The notes: a model not told the origin generated them from the letters alone. Positions 17,935 through 25,890 are shown, numbered from the stretch's first letter. The stretch: 60,244 bases of DNA from Candidatus Cloacimonadota bacterium (GCA_003647765.1 QMNM01000001.1:1-60244); one strand, 5' to 3'. Numbers and translations: made by a program.

Positions 17935-19461
17935 TCAATTCAATAATACCTTTTTATTTGCGGATTTTTTCTTTGTGGTAGAAGAATTAGCAAGTCTTGC
18001 TCTTGTCTTTCCCCATTCCCGCAACGCTTCAATTTCTTCTTTCCTGCTTACAGACAAAGGTATAGTTTCTTCTATTGCTTCCAGTATATCGTTATCATTC
18101 ATGTCTCTATCTTCATAGAAAGCCTTGAGTTTTGCTTGTTTTATTGCAGTTTCTATTTCCGCTCCTGTAAATCCTTTTGTTGCTTCTGCGATTTTATCCA
18201 GATCAAAGATTTCTGGTTTCTCTCCTACTTTTCGCAGATGTATCCTTGCAATTTCTTTCCTTTCATTAGGAGCGGGCAAATCCACAAACCATATCTCATC
18301 AATTCTTCCTCTCCTTTCTAATTCTGGAGGAAGGGCTAGGACATTATTAACTGTAAATGCAAAGAAAAGTGGAGCTGTATTTTCCTGCATGAAATAGAGA
18401 AAAGAACTAATTACTCTTGCAGTAGTTCCTGCATCAGAAGAATCTGATGAAGATAACCCTGAAAATGCTTTTTCCGCTTCATCTATCATTACCACTGCGG
18501 GAGCTTGGGCTTCTATTTCCTTTAAGACCTTGCGTGTGTTTGCTTCTGTTTCTCCTAATCTACTGTTAAATAACTTTCCTATATCCACACGCAATAAAGG
18601 AATCTGGAAAAGGTTAGCCAGAATTTTACAGGAGAGAGTCTTCCCTGTCCCTGGAACTCCAGCCAAAAGCATTCCTTTAGGGACAGGAACTTTCTTTTTT
18701 ATTGCCTGTTCTCTATTCTTGAAAACTTTGCTGACCATTATTGCCCATTGTCTTAAATTATCCAGCCCGCCCAGATCATTAATTGTTTCCTGTGGAGCGA
18801 TATATTCAACCAGCCCTTCTTTCTTTACCTTTTCCGCTTTCAATCTTTGAATCAATTGCGGATCTATTTTTCCTTTACCTTTCACAATCGCTATTTCAAA
18901 CATCTTTTGGGCTTCAATCAGAGTAAGCCCTGATAAATACTCCGCACATTCTTCTAATAAAACTTTCCTTACTTTCAGTTCTTCTCTTTTACAGATCTCT
19001 TTCAGGAGATCAAAAATTTCAGTCTTTGAAGGTAGCGGAATATCAATTACTTGGCAGTATTGGCTGATTTCTGGTGGCAGATTGAATTCTCCCTGCAGGA
19101 TTACATGAACGAATTTAGAACTGTTCGCTATTTTCCTGATAAAAGAAATAATCGCAGGAACATTTAATCCTTCCCTGATGAAGCGATGATAGTTTAGTAG
19201 GAGATAAATGGTAGGCTCATCTTCTTCTTCAGCGATATGCCGAAGGATGTCAAGATAATTAGCATATTCTCTATTCCCAAGTCCATCAATAGCGTCCCAG
19301 ATTTTTAATTGGTATTCGCTCAAATCTTCTATGCGGGAAGATTCTTTTAGCTTCTTATTCAGAACTCCCACCTGTTCCTTAACATATTCAATTGCTCTTT
19401 CTGTTTCTATTGTGTTTAAGACAATTATTTTACATTGACTTCTGATCAGAAGTTCCAGCAT
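17935..19461 (-). CDS. AAA+ ATPase (classic AAA clade, Ycf46-like architecture).
   Basis: Walker A GVPGTGKT and Walker B VVMIDEAEKAF. The AAA domain is in the C-terminal half of a 508-aa protein. Confidence 0.85.
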   Translation of the reverse strand: MLELLIRSQCKIIVLNTIETERAIEYVKEQVGVLNKKLKESSRIEDLSEYQLKIWDAIDGLGNREYANYLDILRHIAEEEDEPTIYLLLNYHRFIREGLNVPAIISFIRKIANSSKFVHVILQGEFNLPPEISQYCQVIDIPLPSKTEIFDLLKEICKREELKVRKVLLEECAEYLSGLTLIEAQKMFEIAIVKGKGKIDPQLIQRLKAEKVKKEGLVEYIAPQETINDLGGLDNLRQWAIMVSKVFKNREQAIKKKVPVPKGMLLAGVPGTGKTLSCKILANLFQIPLLRVDIGKLFNSRLGETEANTRKVLKEIEAQAPAVVMIDEAEKAFSGLSSSDSSDAGTTARVISSFLYFMQENTAPLFFAFTVNNVLALPPELERRGRIDEIWFVDLPAPNERKEIARIHLRKVGEKPEIFDLDKIAEATKGFTGAEIETAIKQAKLKAFYEDRDMNDNDILEAIEETIPLSVSRKEEIEALREWGKTRARLANSSTTKKKSANKKVLLN

Positions 19462-19510
19462 ATCTCCCTCCTTTTTATAGCCCCAGCATAGAGCTGGGGC
19501 ATTTGTTTGC

Positions 19511-19843
19511 TTATAGAGAGCGGTATCTTACATAGAAGAACTCAAAATCATCTTCTCCTACTTCCTTTCCTTTGTCTGCGGGATTGCTAACCCTGTATTT
19601 CAATTTCATAACCAGCATCTCATCTCCATCATTTAAATCAGTTTCCGCTCTATTAAGTGGAACTTCTATTCCTGTCCATTTTCTTATTAACTCAACATTC
19701 TGCGGATACCCTATATAAGACTCTAACTCACCCCTTTTGTGGGCTTTTTGGAGCAAGAGCTTAAACTCCTGAAAAGAAATTTTGTATGCAGAATACTGCC
19801 CTTCCTTTGGCATTACTGCAGAATTTAACAACTTTACTGCCAT
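19511..19843 (-). CDS. DUF1874-like protein (family of the AcrIII-1 viral ring nuclease). By-eye assignment.
   Basis: LLNSAVMP..., ...YIGYPQNVELI..., ...LNRAETDLNDGDEMLV... match my memory of the DUF1874 pattern. Confidence 0.5.
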   Translation of the reverse strand: MAVKLLNSAVMPKEGQYSAYKISFQEFKLLLQKAHKRGELESYIGYPQNVELIRKWTGIEVPLNRAETDLNDGDEMLVMKLKYRVSNPADKGKEVGEDDFEFFYVRYRSL

Positions 19844-19957
19844 GATAAACCTCCTTTTTTGGTTTTTATCCGCAAGGGATTATTTTGCACTCTTTACAAT
19901 TCTTGAACGGGCAGATGGAGCACTCACTTAAATCCATATCCACCTGCCCGTTCTCTC

Positions 19958-20131
19958 CTATTCGGAGACAGATATAATGCAATCTGTCTCCGTCAGATCT
20001 TCTTGTTCCAGAATTATTCCTAGTCTGTCTGTAATTTGCCTTATTGGTTCTCTGCATTCTTCCCCCCAAAAATTTTGCCCTTCTATTCTTACTTCCCCGT
20101 TTTCTTTGATTTCAATTTTAATTACAGGCAT
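19958..20131 (-). CDS. DUF2997-like small protein (57 aa). It is not in the supplied ORF track.
   Basis: Hand translation gives MPVIKIEIKENGEVRIEGQNFWGEECREPIRQITDRLGIILEQEDLTETDCIISVSE. An AAGGAGGG SD lies 5 nt upstream of the ATG at 20131. Confidence 0.6.
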   Translation of the reverse strand: MPVIKIEIKENGEVRIEGQNFWGEECREPIRQITDRLGIILEQEDLTETDCIISVSE

Positions 20132-20142
20132 GTATCCCTCCT

Positions 20143-20403
20143 TTATAGTTGTATAAAAATTGTGTTTTCTTTCTGTTCTACTATACCATTAACGAAATTT
20201 GATAAATAATCTGCAACAATACCAGTCAATTTTTCCGTATCCATATTATCGTATTTTACATATCCGTTATCATCTACATAAATAGGAGCGAACAAGCCTT
20301 GCCCAGTTATACGACCATTTTTCACTTTAAATCCTTTGCGTCTGGCACTTTCTAAAAACAAATTCTTTTCTACCTTTAGGCTTAATTTTACTCTTTGAGA
20401 CAT
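20143..20403 (-). CDS. DUF1257 (Ycf35)-like protein.
   Basis: N-terminus MSQRVKLSLKVEKNLFLESARRKGFKV. The size and its adjacency to a DUF2997-like gene fit the family. Confidence 0.45.
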   Translation of the reverse strand: MSQRVKLSLKVEKNLFLESARRKGFKVKNGRITGQGLFAPIYVDDNGYVKYDNMDTEKLTGIVADYLSNFVNGIVEQKENTIFIQL

Positions 20404-20421
20404 AATGACCTCCTTTATCTT

Positions 20422-20877
20422 TTACCACCAAAGTTTTTTATTGGATTTCTTTAATATCTTTAATTCTTCTTTTCCTTTAGTGAAAATGTTTTCAATGTTT
20501 CCTTCTACAAAGAACTTGGTTTTCGTATGGACTATTTTCTTATAACTAGCTTTCTTGCTCACCTTTGCTCCCACAATAGTCGCAGAATAAGGATGCCCAA
20601 ATACTATAAATACAATTCTCATCACGATCCAGATTCCGTCTGGAAGCCATACCGCCATCTCTCTACTGTTCATGTAAGGATACTCGTTTACAGGACGCAA
20701 GTATTCTATTTCGTCTGCAAGGAATCGGTAATTTATATAAGCATTCCACTCCGACAGCCTTATTGCGTTCTTTGGCAAAGTATTTGCTTTCCCTATCGCT
20801 ACTCGCAAGCTCCTTTCCGTATCCAGCGTATATGTTCCACAAAAAAACCTTATTTTATTCTTCATTGAACAATTCAT
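20422..20877 (-). CDS. Hypothetical protein.
   Basis: ORF in the operon. It contains a variant palindrome copy read as ENIF. Confidence 0.5.
   Translation of the reverse strand: MNCSMKNKIRFFCGTYTLDTERSLRVAIGKANTLPKNAIRLSEWNAYINYRFLADEIEYLRPVNEYPYMNSREMAVWLPDGIWIVMRIVFIVFGHPYSATIVGAKVSKKASYKKIVHTKTKFFVEGNIENIFTKGKEELKILKKSNKKLWW
20481..20494. repeat. Palindrome variant (TG centre), inside CDS 20422..20877.
   Basis: Read as E-N-I-F. Confidence 0.9.
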
Positions 20878-21466
20878 TTTCCAACTCCTGCCTATTTACC
20901 AGAAATTCTTGGCAAATATATTCTAATGCAGAACTAACACTTTCTACTCCTATCTCTTTCTTCGCTCTTTCCACTGCGGATATTATCACATCATACTGGT
21001 CGTTTTTCAACTTCAGGGTCAAAGTGGTAGTCTTTTCTTCCCTTCCGCCCACTTTCTCTTTTCGCTGTTTAATTTCAGCCTCTAATTCCCTAAAAGACAT
21101 AGAAGGAGCTTTTTTTAATAACTCCTTTATATCTTCAATAGACTCTAATTTTGCTATTTCTTTTAATTTAGTCCATGAAATTTCCATAACCACTTGTCGT
21201 GGGAGATCAAATCGCTCTATAAATTCTCCAATCTGGGCATACCACAACCCTACTCTATAAGGAATGCCCAGATCCTCCTCTATCCATTCCCTAAACTTTG
21301 AGAATCCCCAATTCACAAACAGTTCTTCCTTCTTAACCTGATACACTTTTAAGTAAAGATCATACTTTTTTTCATCTATTTCCCGCAACAACTCTTTTAT
21401 CTCCTCTCGGATTGTCTTCTTTACTTGTTTTGTCTTCTTTGTGGAAAGTTTTTTACTCATCTCCAA
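20855..21466 (-). CDS. Hypothetical protein, possibly DNA-binding (helix-turn-helix-like segment).
   Basis: FSKFREWIEEDLGIPYRVGLWYAQIGEFIERF. The similarity judgement is weak. Confidence 0.45.
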   Translation of the reverse strand: MEMSKKLSTKKTKQVKKTIREEIKELLREIDEKKYDLYLKVYQVKKEELFVNWGFSKFREWIEEDLGIPYRVGLWYAQIGEFIERFDLPRQVVMEISWTKLKEIAKLESIEDIKELLKKAPSMSFRELEAEIKQRKEKVGGREEKTTTLTLKLKNDQYDVIISAVERAKKEIGVESVSSALEYICQEFLVNRQELENELFNEE

Positions 21467-21827
21467 CCTCCTTTATTTTCTTTAAGGAGTAACGGAAATA
21501 ACCTGTTGTTTTCTTAATATACTCCTGTAGCTCCGTCTGCGGTATGTATTTTTTCACCGCAGATGTTACAGTAACAACTTTCACAAAATCCTTTTTTAAT
21601 CTCTTTGCGACCTTTACAGGGTCATATTCCGCCCGCTCACTGTAAGAAATCGTCAGCTTAAACCTCTCTCCATAATAAGTTCCTTCTTCCTGCGGAAGAA
21701 GGGCTTTTAACTTTTCTTTTTCTTCATTTAATTTTTTTATCTTCTGATCAATCTCTCCATATTTATCAATTAATTTTTTCAAATCAACCTTCTGTCCGTT
21801 TTTCCTTCCATTATTTTTCCTTGCCAT
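21453..21827 (-). CDS. Hypothetical coiled-coil protein.
   Basis: ORF with a good SD. Confidence 0.5.
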   Translation of the reverse strand: MARKNNGRKNGQKVDLKKLIDKYGEIDQKIKKLNEEKEKLKALLPQEEGTYYGERFKLTISYSERAEYDPVKVAKRLKKDFVKVVTVTSAVKKYIPQTELQEYIKKTTGYFRYSLKKIKEVGDE

Positions 21828-21846
21828 GATACCCCTCCTTTGTTTG

Positions 21847-22044
21847 TTATTTTGTTTTTTGGTATATTGTTAACCATTTGTGCAAGGTTTCTTTCTTACA
21901 ATATTCACAGTATTGTAGGAGAAACGGATTCTTTACATATTTGCTTTTTATGAATGGTATATCTTTATCCGATACTCCCATCATATAAAAGATATTAGTT
22001 TTACCACATCTTACGCACCGTGCTTCGTAAACCCATTGTTTCAT
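21847..22044 (-). CDS. Small zinc-ribbon protein, first gene of the leftward replication operon.
   Basis: CVRCGK...CEYCKK, with an AAGGAGGAAAAGG SD. Confidence 0.55.
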   Translation of the reverse strand: MKQWVYEARCVRCGKTNIFYMMGVSDKDIPFIKSKYVKNPFLLQYCEYCKKETLHKWLTIYQKTK

Positions 22045-22088
22045 CCTTTTCCTCCTTTGTTTGTTTTTGTTAAACTTTTGTTAATTCT

Positions 22089-22117
22089 AATTTAATCACA
22101 GGTTTTGTTTTTGTCAA
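22089..22117 (-). promoter_or_regulatory. Sigma70-like leftward promoter.
   Basis: On the minus strand the sequence reads TTGACA, 17 nt, TAAATT. Confidence 0.5.
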
Positions 22118-22125
22118 GAAAAAGT

Positions 22126-22153
22126 TTGAAAATTTTTTCAAATTTATTATAAT
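22126..22153 (+). promoter_or_regulatory. Sigma70-like rightward promoter for the terS block.
   Basis: TTGAAA, 16 nt, TATAAT. A palindrome copy starts 7 nt downstream of the -10. Confidence 0.65.
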
Positions 22154-22159
22154 TGTCAG

Positions 22160-22173
22160 TGAAAACGTTTTCA
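22160..22173. promoter_or_regulatory. Palindrome, perfect copy, between the -10 element and the terS SD.
   Basis: It starts 7 nt after TATAAT and ends 12 nt before AAGGAGG. Confidence 0.95.
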
Positions 22174-22199
22174 ATTCAACAAAAAAAGGAGGTTGAGCG

Positions 22200-22676
22200 A
22201 TGAAATATTATTTGCCACCACCAAGAGAGTTCACAGATGAAGAATTGGAAGGTTTTGACAAACTTGGAGAGAAGGTCAAGAAGTTTGCCCACTATTATTT
22301 GACTACAAGGAAGCCTGTATCTTCTGCAATAAAGGCTGGGTTTAGTAGGGAGAAGGCAAGGTCAGCTGCGAATCGCTTACTCCAGAACAAGAAAGTCCGA
22401 AGGTATATTGAATATCTCAAAGCACAAATGAGACAGATGGCAGAAGTGGATAGGGATTATATTGTGTTAAAGCTCAAGGAGATTGTAGAGAAAGAGAATG
22501 CATCAGATCAGGTCAAGATTTCGGCATTGAATACGCTGGCAAAGATCGGAGGCTTTCTCCAAGATTCAAAGCCTCCGCAAACTTTCGTGTTAAATGTGAT
22601 AGGGCTAGATGAGGAAAAAGATAAAGTGAAGGAAGTTGGAGTGAGTGTTCAATTTGACAAGGTTGATAAAATTTAA
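22200..22676 (+). CDS. terS: Terminase small subunit.
   Basis: KFAHYYLTTRKPVSSAIKAGFSREKARSAANRLLQNKKVRRYI matches the Terminase_2 HTH pattern (NATKAAI.AGYS...A...). Confidence 0.8.
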   Translation: MKYYLPPPREFTDEELEGFDKLGEKVKKFAHYYLTTRKPVSSAIKAGFSREKARSAANRLLQNKKVRRYIEYLKAQMRQMAEVDRDYIVLKLKEIVEKENASDQVKISALNTLAKIGGFLQDSKPPQTFVLNVIGLDEEKDKVKEVGVSVQFDKVDKI

Positions 22677-22716
22677 GTGAAAGCAAAAAAACAAAACCAA
22701 AAAAAGGAGGGGAGTT
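22638..22716 (+). repeat. Conserved cassette leader, copy 1. It overlaps the terS 3' end.
   Basis: ggagtgagtgttcaatttgacaaggttgataaaat...gaaagcaaaaaaacaaaaccaaaaaaaggagggg. Confidence 0.8.
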
Positions 22717-22941
22717 ATGGCAAACTTTATAAGCAAAAGAGCACCTAAAAACTGGTATCCTTCACCGCACGAATGGGTAAAAGGAAAAAGTGGGAAGAAG
22801 GAGTATGTAGGAAGGGTTATCCCTTCCATCAAAAATGAGAAAAAACCTGCAATATTTAGGAAGGGGCGGGGGGTCTTCTGTTACATTTTGACTCCCGCAG
22901 GGAAAAGAGTGGCTGTTTATGAATTAGAGCCATTAACCTAA
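22717..22941 (+). CDS. Hypothetical protein.
   Basis: ORF with an AAGGAGGGG SD. Confidence 0.55.
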   Translation: MANFISKRAPKNWYPSPHEWVKGKSGKKEYVGRVIPSIKNEKKPAIFRKGRGVFCYILTPAGKRVAVYELEPLT

Positions 22942-22963
22942 ACTAAACAGAAGGAGGGGAGAT

Positions 22964-23473
22964 ATGATTTGTCCTGTATGTAATCTCAATTATCCTGATA
23001 GGCAGTGTCCTAGATGTGGCTGGAAGCCAGGGCACTGTCCTAACTGTGGTTTTGTTCTCATTAATGATGAGTGTTTTAGGTGCGGATTTAAACTCCTAAA
23101 AATTGAAAACGTTTTCACTCAAAAGGAGGGGAAAATGCTTAATTTAAGGCTAATTAACGAAGAAGGTAAAGAAAAAGAAATAACCGCATTAGATTTTGAA
23201 CATTTAGCAGAGAAGGTTTTTGATTTCTATTACAACGGTCAACCTAATTTCATCACTCCGCACATTTTAGAATACAGCCATAAACGGAATGGAAATAGAT
23301 TTCTGTTCGTAGAATTAAGTAAGGGAGAAGGGATTTATCATGAGCGGATATATGGAGTTACAGTTTTGGAAGGCAGACTAAAAGGGAACAAACTGTATCT
23401 GAAGCGGAGAATAGACAAAATGAAGTGTTTTAAGAATATCAATGAAGCCAAGACCTACATCAGAAGTTTATAA
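22964..23473 (+). CDS. Hypothetical protein with an N-terminal triple CxxC zinc ribbon. A second SD and ATG lie in frame at 23135.
   Basis: CPVC..CPRC..CPNC..CFRC. A palindrome copy plus AAGGAGGGG precede the internal ATG. Confidence 0.55.
   Translation: MICPVCNLNYPDRQCPRCGWKPGHCPNCGFVLINDECFRCGFKLLKIENVFTQKEGKMLNLRLINEEGKEKEITALDFEHLAEKVFDFYYNGQPNFITPHILEYSHKRNGNRFLFVELSKGEGIYHERIYGVTVLEGRLKGNKLYLKRRIDKMKCFKNINEAKTYIRSL
23104..23117. promoter_or_regulatory. Palindrome, perfect copy, before the internal SD and ATG at 23135.
   Basis: It ends 5 nt before AAGGAGGGG. It is also read as E-N-V-F in the long ORF. Confidence 0.95.
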
Positions 23474-23484
23474 AGGAGGGGGAG

Positions 23485-23853
23485 ATGAGACCAATAAAGC
23501 GAAGGTATTATAAAGTGATTATTGAGGAGTATTGTTGTAGGTGTCCACGAGAGGTCAATAAGATGGTTTTAAGCAATGTAATCGCAGAGACTTTTGAAGA
23601 CATGGAAGGGGTAGAATGGTTTTTGGAGGAGCGATACGGTAAGATTCCAAGAATAAAGAAACATAACCTTCTCTATGATGATGAGGAAAGGGAAGTTGGT
23701 TTTACTTATTCCTTCTGGAATAGGGATATTAGAGACTTCTCTACGAGATGGTGGCAAGTGGACTTCATTTTTATCTTTAAAGTGATAGAGGAAAGAGATC
23801 CTGTTCATAGGTTTTTACACAGACAAAAGAAAGTGAATGCAAAAGTTGCATGA
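23485..23853 (+). CDS. Hypothetical protein.
   Basis: ORF with an AGGAGGGGG SD. Confidence 0.55.
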   Translation: MRPIKRRYYKVIIEEYCCRCPREVNKMVLSNVIAETFEDMEGVEWFLEERYGKIPRIKKHNLLYDDEEREVGFTYSFWNRDIRDFSTRWWQVDFIFIFKVIEERDPVHRFLHRQKKVNAKVA

Positions 23854-23896
23854 TTTGTTAAAATAAAAACAAAAAACCAAAAAAAGGAGGGGAGAG

Positions 23897-24910
23897 ATGA
23901 AGCACTATTATTCAAATTACGAGCTTATAGAGATGTTCGTTGAGGGAAAAATCCCATCTGGAGAAGTAATTTATAGTTACAATGGAAATCTTACAGCGAT
24001 GGACAAGATTATTTGGACCTATAACTCTCCATTGGGAATAAAGAAAAACGGATTTATCTTAGTGAACGGTGATAATTACTCTTTTACTTCAAATAGGCAT
24101 AGAAACATGTTGCTAGAATGCACTAACACTAGAGGAACAGGGGTAGCGGTTTCATTTTCCGCTATTTCAAACCTTATAGAAGAGTTTGACTGGGACTTTA
24201 CTAGGAACTGGGATTCTGACGATAAGATTCCTGTATTACCGTTTAAAGCAAAGAGTGCATGGTTTGATTGGGTTGAGGTTATTGACTTTATACCTGATAA
24301 GCATGAATATCATGATTTTAAGTATGAGTGGAAAGCTGAAGAAAAAATGAAGGGGTATCCTGAAGATGTAAAAGTTTGTTTAGAGAGATTGAGGAAGAAT
24401 TACACAGCGACGGGAGTGAGTAAATCTAGGTGGAATGGTAAACTTATCTTTACTGTTTGGGGACACACAGCGGCGACAGTTCTCCTACGGATCAGAGGTC
24501 TGAATATCTTAGCTGGATTTGATGAAAGAAGTTATTACTGTTCTTTATTACCAAGTGGGGCTTGCACTGTAAAAGAAGCATTTGAGATATTAAAACCTGA
24601 ACCTGTAAAAAGAGCGGAAGCTGAAGGTAAGCAAGTTTTAAGACAAGGGGAATGGTTTTTTGTTAAAGTTGCGGACGATCCCAAAGAGATCGGGTTAAGA
24701 AATAAAGACTTTAAAAAGAGCTGGTTGCCATGCAGGAAGGGCGGAAGTCGGCACTGGTGCAGACTTCTCTATAAAGATGAGAAAATTTATGCTACTGGAT
24801 TAGTAAGGCACGAAGGTAGGGAACACAGGGCTTTGAAGCTGGACGGCATTTACCAAGCATATTACAATACGGCAATAATGAGTGTGAGTGCCGACTCCAG
24901 AGTTGACTAA
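23897..24910 (+). CDS. Hypothetical protein.
   Basis: 337-codon ORF with an AAGGAGGGG SD. Confidence 0.6.
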   Translation: MKHYYSNYELIEMFVEGKIPSGEVIYSYNGNLTAMDKIIWTYNSPLGIKKNGFILVNGDNYSFTSNRHRNMLLECTNTRGTGVAVSFSAISNLIEEFDWDFTRNWDSDDKIPVLPFKAKSAWFDWVEVIDFIPDKHEYHDFKYEWKAEEKMKGYPEDVKVCLERLRKNYTATGVSKSRWNGKLIFTVWGHTAATVLLRIRGLNILAGFDERSYYCSLLPSGACTVKEAFEILKPEPVKRAEAEGKQVLRQGEWFFVKVADDPKEIGLRNKDFKKSWLPCRKGGSRHWCRLLYKDEKIYATGLVRHEGREHRALKLDGIYQAYYNTAIMSVSADSRVD

Positions 24911-24945
24911 CTCCAAACTCCATATTCCACAAAATAAGCCAATAA

Positions 24946-24968
24946 CACCGCACCTTTTCGGTGCGGTG
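24946..24968 (+). other. GC-rich intergenic hairpin.
   Basis: Stem CACCGCACC/GGTGCGGTG with loop TTTTC. No T-run follows. Confidence 0.5.
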
Positions 24969-25022
24969 AATGTTCAAGTTGACAAGAAATTTAAAATAGA
25001 AGCAAAAAAAGGAGGGTTTGCT
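24964..25022 (+). repeat. Conserved cassette leader, copy 2.
   Basis: cggtgaatgttcaagttgacaagaaatttaaaatagaagcaaaaaaaggaggg. Confidence 0.8.
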
Positions 25023-25388
25023 ATGTTAAAGATTAAGTTTAAAAAAGTTTATATCTATGAGCCTGAATTGGGGAAAAAATATTGCTGCAGGTTATACGTG
25101 TATTTACCAGCCTGCAATAATTGCTTACTAAAAAAAGAACTATTAAGCGAAACCCAATTGTTGGGATCCGTTCTGCATGAAAATTGGGGAACTTTCATAG
25201 ACGAAAATGGCGAATACTGGCGACGAAAACATATCGTCTTGTTCGCAAAACATGGGTGGCAAGACCTACAACAACAGGTCAACGATGAAATAAAACATAT
25301 CATTAACCAGCTGAAAGAAATAGTAAACTTCAATAAGGAACAGGAACAAAAGAAACCTAGCGACGAGTCCCTTATAGTTGAAATATAA
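25023..25388 (+). CDS. Hypothetical protein, paralogue A of a tandem pair.
   Basis: The ATG at 25023 follows AAAGGAGGG. The N-terminus MLKIKFKKVYIYEP matches that of the next gene. Confidence 0.6.
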   Translation: MLKIKFKKVYIYEPELGKKYCCRLYVYLPACNNCLLKKELLSETQLLGSVLHENWGTFIDENGEYWRRKHIVLFAKHGWQDLQQQVNDEIKHIINQLKEIVNFNKEQEQKKPSDESLIVEI

Positions 25389-25396
25389 TAAACCGT

Positions 25397-25410
25397 TGAA
25401 AACATTTTTA
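25397..25410. promoter_or_regulatory. Degenerate palindrome TGAAAACATTTTTA, intergenic.
   Basis: It follows the stop of 25023..25388 and precedes the hairpin at 25414-25434. Confidence 0.7.
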
Positions 25411-25474
25411 ATCGGGCTACCACAACGGTAGCCCTAGACCTTACCTATAATTAAACCAAAAAAGGGGGTTGAAA

Positions 25475-25840
25475 ATGTTAAAGGTTAAAGTCAAAAAAAG
25501 TTACATTTATGATCCGACTCACAAAAGACCTTTTATTGGAATGTTAGAAGTATCCCTTCCAGCAGAAAAATGTTATATTAAAGAGCCTCTCAGGAAGTAT
25601 AAGGTTTATCTGTTTGACGAAGAATTACTTGAAAGCTGGGGTTGTTATACAGAAGATAAAGACGGTAAATGGAGATCCAGAACATATATCACCTACAAGT
25701 CTTCATGGGAAGAAGCAAAAGAAGATCTAAATAAAAAGACAGAAGAAGTGATAAACACCTTGCGTCAAATTTATAGAGAATATAAACAAAATGTCGAATC
25801 CGCTCCTAATGAAGAAGAAAACATCTATATCATAGAATAA
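25475..25840 (+). CDS. Hypothetical protein, paralogue B of the tandem pair.
   Basis: N-terminus MLKVKVKKSYIYDP. It has the same length as 25023..25388 and shares W.G...D..G.W and IN.L motifs. Confidence 0.6.
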   Translation: MLKVKVKKSYIYDPTHKRPFIGMLEVSLPAEKCYIKEPLRKYKVYLFDEELLESWGCYTEDKDGKWRSRTYITYKSSWEEAKEDLNKKTEEVINTLRQIYREYKQNVESAPNEEENIYIIE

Positions 25841-25845
25841 ATCAT

Positions 25846-25859
25846 TGAAAACATTTTCA
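25846..25859. promoter_or_regulatory. Palindrome variant (CA centre), intergenic.
   Basis: It follows the stop of 25475..25840 and lies directly before the terminator. Confidence 0.9.
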
Positions 25860-25861
25860 AC

Positions 25862-25890
25862 GGGCGGGCTTTTTGCCCGCCCTTTTTTTT
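25862..25890 (+). terminator. Intrinsic terminator.
   Basis: Stem GGGCGGGC, loop tttt, stem GCCCGCCC, followed by T8. Confidence 0.85.

Noticed and set aside
20527-21260. Plus-strand ORFs 20527 and 20763.
   Set aside because: They lie antisense to well-supported minus-strand operon genes and have no SD.
24888-25022. N-terminal extension of the track ORF 24888..25388.
   Set aside because: The extension runs through a hairpin and the conserved leader. A strong SD and ATG at 25023 match the paralogue's start.
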